A DNA stretch of 64,000 nucleotides from Ignavibacteriota bacterium (GCA_963776275.1 CAVZMI010000026.1:1-64000); one strand, 5' to 3'; shown: positions 43,865-54,394, counted from the first letter of the stretch. Notes: generated from the letters alone by a model not told the origin. Translations and numbers: made by a program.

Positions 43865-44160
43865 TCATTTTCTCACAAAAATAAAATCACCTCCTTCATC
43901 GCCTGTTTCTTTAATCTCTCCAAATTGCGGCACTTGGCCGTTGGGACTATTATTAATAACCGCTTCGCGGAAGCTTGCAAACAACGCTTCAGCAGAAAGA
44001 TATTTCGCGTCTGTCTCGACAAGTCGTTTTTTCAACATCATCACAAATACGCTCTTATCCGGAACTTCTTTCATTGCTCCGCTTGTCATTGCTTTCCGGC
44101 TCGGCAGCTTTACCAGTTCTTGTGTCGATTTCGGTGCATTGGGAAAAGCACTATAGCCCC
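43865..44160 (-). pseudogene. C-terminal half of a caspase family protein (no His/Cys dyad)
   Basis: SRKAMTSG...EVPDKSVF...PQFGEIKETGDEGGDFIF. N-terminal half is absent. Confidence 0.6.
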
Positions 44161-44492
44161 CGGATTTATGCAATATTTCATAATCATTTCTCACCCACCC
44201 AAATCAATATTAGCAGATTGCGATTCCCCCGTGAGAGAGAAAAAATGTTTTCCAATACCTACCTGAGTAAATTGATACGGCGGTTTAATGACGTAGAAAT
44301 TGAGAAGTTATTCTATAAATCATACGTTATCATTCGCCGATTCAATAATCGCCTTACATTAACCATCAATGATACATAGTATCGAGGTCGTTTCTATACA
44401 GGAATATTTTTTGAAAAGGATGCATATATACAGAATCCTCGTAAAAAACGAGTATGAATATTACTTTCGGGAGGTGTTACTTCTTCAACCTG

Positions 44493-44521
44493 ATAATAGA
44501 GAAATATATCAGGAAATGCAA
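44493..44521 (-). promoter_or_regulatory. sigma70-type promoter of the duplicated leader, copy B
   Basis: TTGCAT-N17-TATTAT on the minus strand. Confidence 0.6.
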
Positions 44522-44600
44522 GTATGAGGGGATATTAACCAAGAAAGGCCTCGATTTATTAATGTAATGTGAAGTTGGTGGATTACTATGAATAACCCAT

Positions 44601-44628
44601 TATGGACGAGTTGGCAACTCGTCCTACA
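44601..44628 (-). repeat. GTAG-type REP
   Basis: Minus strand TGTAGGACGAGTTGCCAACTCGTCC. Confidence 0.6.
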
Positions 44629-44672
44629 TTTTGGATAGCCTCAAAGTGGAGGATGAAATTTCTTATGGCAAT

Positions 44673-44924
44673 CTGTGCGCTCGGGGGGACTCTCATACAT
44701 ACCCTTCCTTCGGAAGTGTAGTACTGCTCGTCCCGCTTCGCGGGATTCGCCGCCCCCGACTTACAAAATTATATATGCGAATCTCTCTATAAAAAAACCT
44801 GTGCGCTCGGGGGGACTCTCATACATACCCTTCCTTCGGAAGTGTAGTACTGCTCGTCCCGCTTCGCGGGATTCGCCGCCCCCGACTTACAAAATTATAT
44901 ATGCGAGTCTCTCTATAAAAAAAC
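44673..44924 (-). repeat. Two 126-bp tRNA-linked tandem repeats
   Basis: Units start at 44673 and 44799; the third start (44925) runs into the tRNA 3' end. The two units differ at one base. Confidence 0.9.
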
Positions 44925-44927
44925 CTG

Positions 44928-45000
44928 TGCGCTCGGGGGGACTCGAACCCCCGACCCACTGATTAAGAGTCAGTTGCTCTACCAACTGAGCCACGAGCGC
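44928..45000 (-). tRNA. tRNA-Lys(CTT)
   Basis: GCGCTCGTGGCTCAGTTGGTAGAGCAACTGACTCTTAATCAGTGGGTCGGGGGTTCGAGTCCCCCCGAGCGCA. Cloverleaf folds; CCA is not encoded. Confidence 0.95.
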
Positions 45001-45005
45001 AGATA

Positions 45006-45034
45006 AATATACCAAAAATCTGCGCTCGATGCAA
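45006..45034 (-). promoter_or_regulatory. tRNA promoter
   Basis: TTGCAT-N17-TATATT just upstream of the tRNA. Confidence 0.6.
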
Positions 45035-45057
45035 GAAACTCTGATTCTGTGTTCCGT

Positions 45058-45405
45058 TTATTGATTCGGTGTCGGCGTAGGAATGTTCGGTTGCGTCTGC
45101 GATGGTAACTGCGGCGGTGGTACCGCCTGCGGTGCTCCACGCTGTATCACACTGTCGGTAGTTTTTGACGATGACGTTGGGAGAAAAAACCTATTAATGA
45201 CAAGACAGAGGAGAATAAAAACCACGGCAAGACCGGTCGTCATCTTACTCAAAAAATCTGCGGTCCGCCGGACTCCAAATACAGCACCCATGTTTCCCCC
45301 ACCAAATGTGCCTGCCAATCCGCCTCCCTTGCTTGATTGCATGAGTATAACAATGGTCAATAAAATGCTCACAATGAGCTCAACTGATAGCAAAAAACCG
45401 AACAT
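45058..45405 (-). CDS. secG: Preprotein translocase subunit SecG
   Basis: ILMQSSKGGGLAGTFGG...FLSKMT. Followed by a tRNA, as is typical. Confidence 0.92.
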   Translation of the reverse strand: MFGFLLSVELIVSILLTIVILMQSSKGGGLAGTFGGGNMGAVFGVRRTADFLSKMTTGLAVVFILLCLVINRFFLPTSSSKTTDSVIQRGAPQAVPPPQLPSQTQPNIPTPTPNQ

Positions 45406-45446
45406 AAATGTTCCTTTTAATTGAAATCAGACTATTTTGAATAGTA

Positions 45447-45475
45447 AATATAGTTATTTCCTGGCAGACAATCAA
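45447..45475 (-). promoter_or_regulatory. secG promoter
   Basis: TTGATT-N17-TATATT. Confidence 0.5.
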
Positions 45476-45492
45476 GATAATTATTATGCTTT

Positions 45493-46089
45493 TTATTCTT
45501 TTCGAAGAAATTGCTCGATATATTTGCCAATCAGATCGAATTCTATATTGACACGATCACCTTTATTTTTAATCCCGAATATAGTCTTTTCCATTGTATG
45601 AGGGATGATTGCCACGACAACAGACGAGGCCCGGCGCTCGGCAACAGTGAGGCTTATTCCATCGAACGCTATCGATCCTACAGGAATTACATATTTCATG
45701 TGCTTGGGAGGAAATTTTACCTCAAACATCCAACTTAATGTTTGGGGTGTAATATTAATTATAGTACCGACCGTGTCGACGTGCCCTAAAACAAGATGCC
45801 CGCCCAGCCGGTCGGACAGTTTTATTGCTTTTTCCAGATTCACTTTACTCCCGACACGCAGTGAACCCGTCGTGGTCTTCTTTAATGTCTCTTCGACCGC
45901 TTCCACCATAAACGTCGTCGTAGATATTTTCCGAATGACGGTCAGACACGTCCCGCTTACACTGATGCTGTCATCGACACAGACATCGCTCAAGAATTTT
46001 CTTGCCGCCCGTACGACAAGGACTTTCCCTTTCCCTGAATTCCGGGCGCTTTGAATCAATCCAATTTCCTCGACAATACCTGTAAACAT
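45493..46089 (-). CDS. ribE: Riboflavin synthase alpha chain
   Basis: MFTGIVEE, DSISVSGTCLTV, VNLEKA, GGHLVLGHVD. Confidence 0.95.
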   Translation of the reverse strand: MFTGIVEEIGLIQSARNSGKGKVLVVRAARKFLSDVCVDDSISVSGTCLTVIRKISTTTFMVEAVEETLKKTTTGSLRVGSKVNLEKAIKLSDRLGGHLVLGHVDTVGTIINITPQTLSWMFEVKFPPKHMKYVIPVGSIAFDGISLTVAERRASSVVVAIIPHTMEKTIFGIKNKGDRVNIEFDLIGKYIEQFLRKE

Positions 46090-47190
46090 CATTCTATTCC
46101 TTTTCCCTGAAGAAGAATATCGCGGCCGACCGGAGTGATCACCGGAGACACAAGTTGTAGCGGCATATAGGATTCGTTTTTCTTTCGAGATCCAAATGCC
46201 GGAATCCCTTGATGAAACATCACCGGAGCGACGAAAAGGGCAAGTTCGTCCGCCAAATTCTGCCGTGTGATTTGTCGGAATACTTCGCCTCCCCCTTCGA
46301 CCATGACCGATGTTATTCCAATCAGACCCAACGCCCGGAAGATTTCTCCAAAAGATAATACTCCTTTTCGTTTACTTCGGATAGAGACAAGTACGACACT
46401 TTTTTTCTCGAATGCCCTACGTTTTTTGGAACTGCTCCGTAGATAATTTTCTTCCGCCACCAAATATGTTTTTTCAGCATATCGATCATTGAAGATGCGG
46501 GCATCAGGATTACTCGAGAGTTTTCCATCGACAATAATTCGAAGGGGTTGCCGCCCCTGCACGCTCCGTACTGTGAGCGAGGGATTGTCGGCATTCACTG
46601 TACCGGCCCCGATAAGCCGCATCATATTCACTCCGCCATCGATGCACAAGTTTTCTCGAAGCGGGCGAGGTGATCCAGCCGGGATGATTCTTCGAGGCTA
46701 TATAACCGTCGAGCGTCTGAGCAATTTTCACAAGAATGTAGGGACGGCCCGTGCGAATATACTTGAAAAAAGTTTTGTTGAGCTCCTTACACTCATCTTC
46801 CTTCACGCCCACTTTAACATCCATTCCTGATTCACGAAGAATTTTCACACCGCGTCCGGCCACAAGCGGATTCGGATCGAGCGTTCCTACAACCACCCGC
46901 CGGATCCCGCTTTCGATAATTGCATCAACACAGGGTGGGGTCTTTCCGTAGTGCAAGCATGGCTCAAGGTTGACATAAAGTGTCGCGCCTCGAACGGATG
47001 TCTTTGCATTACGGAATGCATTTCGCTCGGCATGGAGTCCGCCATATCGTTGATGATACCCTTCCCCGATCACATTCCCGTTTTTCACAATCACACACCC
47101 GACCATGGGATTCGGACTTACGACACCGGAACCCCGGCGGGCAAATTCGAGGCAGCGCAGGATATAATTCGTATCCGCCGATTCCTTCAT
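46089..47190 (-). CDS. ribD: Riboflavin biosynthesis deaminase/reductase RibD (frameshift at ~46615)
   Basis: PNPMVG, HAE, LEPCLHYGKTPPC, then LIGAGTVNADNPSL and VEGG in the second frame. Confidence 0.9.
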
Positions 47191-47963
47191 GGAATAATCA
47201 CCTCGAAGGTATTGCCGACATGAACATCGAGCATAGCCGCTGCATTCGTTTGATGAGCTGAAATTTCCATTAATTTCGAGCTCCCTTGCAGAATTCCGAC
47301 GGCACCGTCGGGAATTTCTTTATACGAACGATAGTGACGCTTGATCAGCGTGCGGCCTTTCTTCACCAGCGTACTATTCACCTTATGATCGCTTACACGC
47401 ACATTAGTAATGATATTCCCGAACCGATCGATATGAAGTATGCTGCAGCGGTATTTTCCCGGATGCTCGATGAAAGGATCCTCGACAGCCGGCAATGTGA
47501 TTTCGGAACCGACTTTATCGATTTTAACTCCACGGGAGAGGTGCGCTGCCACCGGTGCAAAAATATCACGTCCGTGGAACGTTGTGCTTGTTGTCTCAAG
47601 GAAGAGCTGAGAATTTTTTACATTGAATGCGCGTTTCACGGGAAAATCATGAATCAGAAAATCGGCCAGCCCGTTATCCGGAACGAGAACAGTGATATTT
47701 TCAAATTCGATGCATAGGATCTGTCGTCCGCTTCCCACTCCGGGATCGACAACACCGACGAAAATCGTCTTTGGCGGCAGATACGGGAATGCCGCCCAGA
47801 GGAGATATCCACCCTGCTTGATTGCGTGAGGCTTTACCTGATGAGTGATATCGATGATACGGGTCTGAGGTGCAATACCCGCAATCACTCCTTTCATTGC
47901 TCCGACGTAATGATCGTGGATTCCAAAATCCGTCAGCAGCGCTATAGTCCTTGGTGTTTTCAT
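47187..47963 (-). CDS. SAM hydroxide adenosyltransferase / chlorinase-fluorinase family (DUF62)
   Basis: LLTDFG, VVDPGVGS, TFHGRDIFAP, IDRFGNIITN. Confidence 0.9.
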   Translation of the reverse strand: MKTPRTIALLTDFGIHDHYVGAMKGVIAGIAPQTRIIDITHQVKPHAIKQGGYLLWAAFPYLPPKTIFVGVVDPGVGSGRQILCIEFENITVLVPDNGLADFLIHDFPVKRAFNVKNSQLFLETTSTTFHGRDIFAPVAAHLSRGVKIDKVGSEITLPAVEDPFIEHPGKYRCSILHIDRFGNIITNVRVSDHKVNSTLVKKGRTLIKRHYRSYKEIPDGAVGILQGSSKLMEISAHQTNAAAMLDVHVGNTFEVIIP

Positions 47964-49142
47964 CGATCCCTCTTCTCATGAACCGTGAAAATCAAAAGAA
48001 AACTTGCGGCAAATGCAAGTGCCGAACCGATAAGAAATGCAATGTGATTACCGAACGTCGTCCAGAGATATCCAAAAACAATACTTGCTGGAAACGCCAT
48101 AACACCCAGAATGAAATGATACATGCCAAATGCAGCGCCGCGACGTTCTGCCGGCAGTATCTGTGCGACAAAAGCTTTTTCGACTCCTTCGGTCAGACCG
48201 AAATATATTCCGTATAAAGCAAAGAGCACCCAAATATGAAGAATTGATGAAGCAAATGCAAACCCGGAATAAATAAGCGCATACACAATCCATCCCCCGA
48301 TGATCGTCGGCCGTCGACCGATTCTGTCCGAAAGGATACCCCCCGGCATCGATGTCACCGATTTTATGACGTGAAGGAGAATCCAGAGAAGCGGCAGCTG
48401 TTCAGCAGGCACTCCGAGTGTCGAGGCACGAAGTACAAGGAAAGCATCGCTCGAATTCCCAAGAGCGAACAAAGCAACCGAAGCAAGGAGCCATTTGAAA
48501 TTTCCCGGAAGGCCCCTAAATTGAAACAGCGGCTGGCGTAATCCGGAATGAACGGATACCGCCGTCCGTTCATGAACCATGAAAATCAGAACCAGAATCC
48601 CGATCGCTCCGGGGATTGCCGAAAGCCAAAAAATCAACCTGAGATTACTGTTGAAAAATGCAATGAGAAGAAATGCAATTGCAGGACCAATCACCGCGCC
48701 GAGATGATCCATCGATCGATGAAAACCGTACGCCCGTCCCAGCTCCTGCGGATTTGCAGCTTCGGCCAGCAGCGCATCACGAGGGGCTGTCCGAATTCCC
48801 TTGCCGCTTCTATCGAGAAATCGTGCTGCCAGTACATGAAATCCCGACGTGGCCAATCCAATCAGTGGACGTGTAAAAGTTGCAAGAATATAGCCGAAGG
48901 CTACAAATACTTTTCGCCGCCTGATTTTATCCGAAAGGGAACCGGTGACCAGTTTCAATAGACTTGCCGTCGCTTCTGCAATTCCTTCAATCACTCCGAT
49001 GAAAGTCGGAGATACACCGAAGAGCCGATGTAAGAAAGACCGGAAGAAGCGGGTAAATCATCTCGCTCGCACTATCGTTGAGCAGACTTACCCAGCCGAG
49101 TGCGAGTATAGTCTGTGGAAGCCGGGCCCGGCGTTCGGGCAT
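47960..49142 (-). CDS. MFS transporter (frameshift at ~49021)
   Basis: VSLLNDSASEMIYPLLP upstream of GSLSDKIRRRK, DRSGKGIRTAPRD and GILSDRIGRR. Confidence 0.85.
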
Positions 49143-49146
49143 GATA

Positions 49147-50151
49147 TTATTTCAATGTAATTTCTTTTCCCCGTGCGGCAGACTTATAGATTGCATCGAC
49201 AATCTTCATCCGATGAACCGCTTCTTCACCGGTTGAGACGACGGGACGCAATCCACGGATTGCCCCGAGGAAATGCTTCACTTCGTTTTCATACGAGCGG
49301 CGGAACATATTCTGCGGTGTTTCGATTTTCTGAGGCGTTACATTAACAAGATTCTCATGCATCGTTTTCAGGATACGGAACGGGTTAATCATAGCACTTC
49401 CGTTTGTCCCGTAGGAATCACAATAGAAAAAGTCTTCGCTCGTCGGAAACGTCCAGCTGACTTCAATGCTGAGCGTCGAACCATTTTTCATTCGCAGGAA
49501 TGCAAGTGCAGAGTCTTCAACGTCTTTCGAGGTATGTTTATACATTGTCGCTGAAACCTTGAGCGGGTCGGGATATCCCATCATCCAGAGGGCAAGGTCG
49601 AGCATTACAATGCCGAGATCGAGAAACACGCCACCGCCGGCTTTTTCCTTTTTTTTGAACCAGGCACTTACACCGGCCGATCGCTTCAACCACCCGGCTT
49701 TCGTGTAAAAAATCTTTCCGAGTTCACCCCCTTCGACAAAACTTTTGAGGATCATCGCATCGGGGCGGAAGCGGTTATTCATCCCAACCATGAGCTTCCG
49801 TTTCAAACGATTTGCGGCTTCAACAATCGCTTCCGCATCCCTCAATACGTGTGCGAGCGGTTTCTCAACAAGAATATCGACACCGGATTCAAGAAGCGGC
49901 AGGGCTGTAGATTTATGAACATGCGTCGGAGTTGCAATAATCGCTCCCTGAAGATCTTCGAGCTTTATCATTTCTTCTACGGATGTGTAATATCGCTTGA
50001 TGCCGAATCGTTCTGCGACGTACTGCGCTTTTGCTTTATCGATATCGCAAATTGCAACAAGGTGCGCCTCGTTCAATCGTGTAAGAATGGGGAGATGAAT
50101 GATTTGTGCGATACTTCCGGTACCGACCACTGCTACACGAACCTGGTCCAT
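49147..50151 (-). CDS. Gfo/Idh/MocA family oxidoreductase
   Basis: VVGTGSIA, EKP, GGGVFLDLGIVMLD. Confidence 0.9.
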   Translation of the reverse strand: MDQVRVAVVGTGSIAQIIHLPILTRLNEAHLVAICDIDKAKAQYVAERFGIKRYYTSVEEMIKLEDLQGAIIATPTHVHKSTALPLLESGVDILVEKPLAHVLRDAEAIVEAANRLKRKLMVGMNNRFRPDAMILKSFVEGGELGKIFYTKAGWLKRSAGVSAWFKKKEKAGGGVFLDLGIVMLDLALWMMGYPDPLKVSATMYKHTSKDVEDSALAFLRMKNGSTLSIEVSWTFPTSEDFFYCDSYGTNGSAMINPFRILKTMHENLVNVTPQKIETPQNMFRRSYENEVKHFLGAIRGLRPVVSTGEEAVHRMKIVDAIYKSAARGKEITLK

Positions 50152-50188
50152 ATAAGAATATATCCTTTCGGGATAAGTTGTCTGATAT

Positions 50189-52099
50189 TTAGGTATTTTT
50201 ATTTCCGAGAAACTCGCGAATCACCGACACAATCCCGGGGGGATCAAGTCGGATTTCCGTACGAAGCTCGGCGGGAGTCCCATGCTGAATGAATTCATCG
50301 GGAATTCCATGAACATGGACGTGCGTTCCGGTATACCCCTTCTGAGCAAAATACTCCAGCACTCCCGCGCCAAAACCTCCACGAACGGTATTTTCTTCGA
50401 TCGTCATTACATAGCCGAATCTGGACGAGATTGAATCGAGGAGCCTTTCATCCATTGGTTTCACAAACCGCATATTAATCACTTCGGCCTCGATCCCTTC
50501 AGCGGCAGCAATCTCGGCTGCCTTCATCGCGTTCTGAACCATGTTTCCGATCGCGAGCAGCGCGATCGTGTTTCCGCTTCGCAGAACCTCGGCTTTCCCG
50601 ATTTCAAGCTCGTCGAATCCCTCCTTCAACGGTATCCCCAGTCCGGCTCCACGCGGATAACGAATCGCAACCGGCCCATCACTGTACATTGTCGCGGTAT
50701 AAAGCATATCCCGTAATTCATTCTCATCTTTCGGTGCCATGATGACGATACCGGGGATGAGTCGCAGATAGGTGAGATCGAATGTTCCATGGTGAGTCGG
50801 GCCGTCGGCACCGACCAGGCCTCCGCGATCGAGTGCGAATATGACATGGAGACGCTGCAGTGCAACATCATGAATGATCTGATCGAATGCACGTTGAAGA
50901 AATGTCGAGTAAATCGCCGTAATAGGAATGTAGCCTTCAGTCGCCAGACCTGCAGCGAAAGTGACGGCGTGCTGTTCGGCGATCCCGACATCGAAAAAGT
51001 GATCCGGAACTTCCGCCTGCAGAATATCAAGTCCTGTTCCGTCGGGCATCGCTGCAGTGATACCCACGATTTTCGGATTCTTCCTGACAAGCTCGACAAC
51101 AGCTTCACCAAATACGGTCGTATAAGCCGGCGGTCTGCACCCGCCTTCGGCGGATTTCTGAGACACTCCAGTCGCCTTATCAAATGGAGTCACACCATGA
51201 AGCCGCTGAATATCATCCTCGGCCGGTTTATATCCTTTTCCTTTTTGTGTAATACAGTGGACCAGAATCGGCCCTTTAAAATCCTTCACTTCCTTGAAAA
51301 TCTGAACGAGTTGAGTCATGTTATGACCGTTGATCGGACCAAAGTATCGGAAACCGAGCGCTTCGAAGAGTATGCCCGGTGTGATTATGGCTTTAAGGCC
51401 GCCCTCAATCCGTCCGGCAATTTTCCGGATGCGGTCACCGAATTGATCCAATTTACCGGTGAGTTCCCAGACATTTGCCTTCAAGCGGTTGTATGTTTCG
51501 GTTGCGGCGAGACTCGTGAAGTAATTCGAGAATGCCCAGGCGTTGGGTCTGATCGACATGTTATTGTCGTTCAGGACGACAATAATATCTTTCCTCAACA
51601 ATCCGGCGTTGTTCATCCCTTCATACGCCATACCGCCTGTCATTGCTCCGTCGCCGATAATAGCAACGACCTTATAATTCTCGCCTGCAAAATCCCTTGC
51701 CGCAGCAATACCAAGTGCAGCAGAAATTGAGGTCGATGCGTGTCCGGCTCCGAACGTATCGTATTCGCTTTCCGAACGCCTCAGGAATCCACTGATTCCG
51801 TTCAACTGTCGTATGGTATGAAATACATCGCGGCGTCCGGTGAGAATTTTATGCGGATATGCCTGATGGCCGACATCCCACACCAGCTTATCGTGTGGAG
51901 TATCGAAAACATAATGAAGGGCAACGGCAAGTTCGACCGTACCCAGTCCTGCTCCCAGATGTCCCCCTACTTTGGAAATCGTATCGATGATAAATTCCCG
52001 GATTTCTGAAGCGAGAGTGCGAAGGTCGGCCTGACTGAGAGATTTAATATCTGCCGGTGAATTTATATGCGATAATAACCGGTATACGGTTTCTGGCAT
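50189..52099 (-). CDS. dxs: 1-deoxy-D-xylulose-5-phosphate synthase
   Basis: WDVGHQAYPHK, GDGAMTGGMAYE, IAEQHAV, DGPTHHG, IRYPRG. Confidence 0.97.
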   Translation of the reverse strand: MPETVYRLLSHINSPADIKSLSQADLRTLASEIREFIIDTISKVGGHLGAGLGTVELAVALHYVFDTPHDKLVWDVGHQAYPHKILTGRRDVFHTIRQLNGISGFLRRSESEYDTFGAGHASTSISAALGIAAARDFAGENYKVVAIIGDGAMTGGMAYEGMNNAGLLRKDIIVVLNDNNMSIRPNAWAFSNYFTSLAATETYNRLKANVWELTGKLDQFGDRIRKIAGRIEGGLKAIITPGILFEALGFRYFGPINGHNMTQLVQIFKEVKDFKGPILVHCITQKGKGYKPAEDDIQRLHGVTPFDKATGVSQKSAEGGCRPPAYTTVFGEAVVELVRKNPKIVGITAAMPDGTGLDILQAEVPDHFFDVGIAEQHAVTFAAGLATEGYIPITAIYSTFLQRAFDQIIHDVALQRLHVIFALDRGGLVGADGPTHHGTFDLTYLRLIPGIVIMAPKDENELRDMLYTATMYSDGPVAIRYPRGAGLGIPLKEGFDELEIGKAEVLRSGNTIALLAIGNMVQNAMKAAEIAAAEGIEAEVINMRFVKPMDERLLDSISSRFGYVMTIEENTVRGGFGAGVLEYFAQKGYTGTHVHVHGIPDEFIQHGTPAELRTEIRLDPPGIVSVIREFLGNKNT

Positions 52100-52203
52100 T
52101 TCTTCTCCTTCGGAAGGTATCGAGCAGGCAGCGGTCTACGCAATCGTTTCTTCTTAATCAAAGTCATTGATCCGCCTTATAGAATCAATAAAGGCCGGCG
52201 GCG

Positions 52204-52458
52204 TCAGTCATCCGATAATTGCAGCTTATCGTTGATATCCTTGCTGAGCGTTCTGATTTTCAACTCAGCTTCTTGGAGCTTTTCCATGCATGCCTTTGAA
52301 AGCGCAATTCCTTCCTCATACATTTTCATCGCCTGTTCCAGCGGGATTTCCCCCTGCTCGAGTGCATCGACAATCTGTTCAAGACGCTGCAAATCCTGTT
52401 CGAGGGTCCGCCCGGAGGCTGCGGAATCTTCTATTGGGAGTCTTTTTTTTGCTGTCAT
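52204..52458 (-). CDS. xseB: Exodeoxyribonuclease VII small subunit
   Basis: LQRLEQIVDALEQGEIPLEQAMKMYEEG. Confidence 0.92.
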   Translation of the reverse strand: MTAKKRLPIEDSAASGRTLEQDLQRLEQIVDALEQGEIPLEQAMKMYEEGIALSKACMEKLQEAELKIRTLSKDINDKLQLSDD

Positions 52459-52459
52459 T

Positions 52460-53647
52460 TTATTCAACCCGTGATCGTACTTTCCCATCATGAAATTGAA
52501 TCGTCAGAGGATCGTCACGCCGAAGCTCCAGCCGACTCTTAACAATCGCATCTTTTTTGTATACCAGCGCGTATCCGCGTTTCAGAACCAGATCTGGATT
52601 TAATGCTCCCATTCGTTGATACAGCGCTTGAACCCGCTGCTGTGTCAGACGATATGAATGTAAAAATGTTGTATGGAGTCTGCGTTCGAGCTCATCATGA
52701 CGCTGTGTATATTGCCTCAACACATCGACGGGTCGATTGAATGCATAACTCCCGACAAGCTGTGTTATTCTCTCGCGAAGATCCCCGATGATATTCCGTA
52801 TTCCATCCTCGATAGTATAGCGATAATTTCGTAGAGTATCAAGAATTGTCCGGCGGTCCGGAACTACCAGCTCTGCCGCCGCAGACGGAGTCGGAGCACG
52901 AAGATCAGCGACAAAATCGCTGATACTGAAATCAACCTCATGCCCCACCGCACTAACGACCGGTATCTGCGATGCAACGATAGCACGGGCGACAATTTCT
53001 TCATTAAACGGCCATAAATCTTCAAGCGATCCTCCGCCGCGACCGACAATCATGACATCTACGTTATGAAACTCGTTCATCATTGCGATGGCACCAGCAA
53101 TTTCTTCGGCGGCTCCCGCACCCTGAACTCGAACCGGCGCAATGACCAGCTCGACGGCAGGAAAACGGCGCGAGATGATGTTGATGATATCCTGAAGAGC
53201 CGCTCCGGTCGGCGACGTTACAATACCGATTCGCGACGGATAACGGGGAATTGGTTTCTTCCGCGCCTCATCGAACAATCCTTCCGCCATCAATCGTTGC
53301 TTTAGACGTTCGAAAGCGAGCTGAAGTTCCCCGATTCCCAGCGGCTGCATCATCTGAATATCGATTTGATAATTTCCACGGGGCGGATATACGGTAATGT
53401 CACCCCGTACAACCACTTTCATTCCGTCTTCGGGAGTAAAACTGAGCGATCCGACTCTACTTCGCCAGAGAACCGCGCTGAGTGCAGCTCCCTCATCCTT
53501 CAGGGTAAAATACATATGTCCCGAGGAGTGCCTGTTCAAGTTCGAAATTTCTCCCATTACCGTCACCCGGGAGAAGGCGGACTCAAGCGACAACTTAATT
53601 TGCCGGGTCAGTTCACTGATGGTAAAAACATAATCGGGCTGTTTCAA
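52460..53647 (-). CDS. xseA: Exodeoxyribonuclease VII large subunit
   Basis: GEISN, SGHMYFTLKD, RGGGSLEDLW, VGHEVD, PTPSAAAE. Confidence 0.96.
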   Translation of the reverse strand: MKQPDYVFTISELTRQIKLSLESAFSRVTVMGEISNLNRHSSGHMYFTLKDEGAALSAVLWRSRVGSLSFTPEDGMKVVVRGDITVYPPRGNYQIDIQMMQPLGIGELQLAFERLKQRLMAEGLFDEARKKPIPRYPSRIGIVTSPTGAALQDIINIISRRFPAVELVIAPVRVQGAGAAEEIAGAIAMMNEFHNVDVMIVGRGGGSLEDLWPFNEEIVARAIVASQIPVVSAVGHEVDFSISDFVADLRAPTPSAAAELVVPDRRTILDTLRNYRYTIEDGIRNIIGDLRERITQLVGSYAFNRPVDVLRQYTQRHDELERRLHTTFLHSYRLTQQRVQALYQRMGALNPDLVLKRGYALVYKKDAIVKSRLELRRDDPLTIQFHDGKVRSRVE

Positions 53648-53674
53648 GTATACTCCACATGAATTACACTACCG

Positions 53675-54394
53675 TTATTTTTTCTTTTCAACTTTCTTTT
53701 TCTCGAACAATTCATCGGAAAGATGCTGATTCACCTTATAATTTGAATATGTCACGGTAATCGTGCCCTTCCTTGGAAGTTGTATCCGTCCCATCTGTGA
53801 ATGAGTATCGTCCTCTCCCCGATCATACCGGGACTGATCCTGTTCCGACGACTGCCGGACATCAAGCGTTAACAAGATCTTTGACGGAAGCCACCATGTA
53901 TTCTCAACCTTCGTATATTCCAGGGCCATCTTGAGCTGACGTCCCCGATAAGGAACGGATTCCATTTTTACTACTACACAGCGCTGCAGATCTACCCAGA
54001 CGGTGAGCTGACGAAAACGCACCGTATCATTATTTTGCGTAAGTAACATTTTGGTAGTCTGTATTCCATCGACTGTATCGACTCCCTCGATTCGACCCGA
54101 ATAATTCTTCGTATATACAAACGGATTGAAACCCACCCCATCGCGTGGAAGCATTGCAAAATCCTTGGATTCAATATGAATTTTATCCGGTTGTTTGAAG
54201 TAGATCGTTACATTCATCCGCGGTACACGCAGACGTTCCATGTCGATTTCGGCCTGCACAGTCGCACTATAATCTTCAAGCGTACGATAAGAACGTTCAA
54301 AGCATGATAATATTTCTTGGGCGTCCGGCTTTTGTCCACGGACACCATAAGAACAAGCAGAAAAGATAATTATGACTGCATAGATACGTTTCAT
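53675..54394 (-). CDS. LolA-like outer-membrane lipoprotein-sorting protein
   Basis: Signal peptide; DYSATV, YFKQPDKIHIE, YSNYKVNQHLSDELF. Confidence 0.6.
   Translation of the reverse strand: MKRIYAVIIIFSACSYGVRGQKPDAQEILSCFERSYRTLEDYSATVQAEIDMERLRVPRMNVTIYFKQPDKIHIESKDFAMLPRDGVGFNPFVYTKNYSGRIEGVDTVDGIQTTKMLLTQNNDTVRFRQLTVWVDLQRCVVVKMESVPYRGRQLKMALEYTKVENTWWLPSKILLTLDVRQSSEQDQSRYDRGEDDTHSQMGRIQLPRKGTITVTYSNYKVNQHLSDELFEKKKVEKKK

Noticed and set aside
44673-44945. CRISPR array
   Set aside because: The units are near-identical over their whole 126 bp with no unique spacers, they derive from the tRNA, and no cas genes are present.
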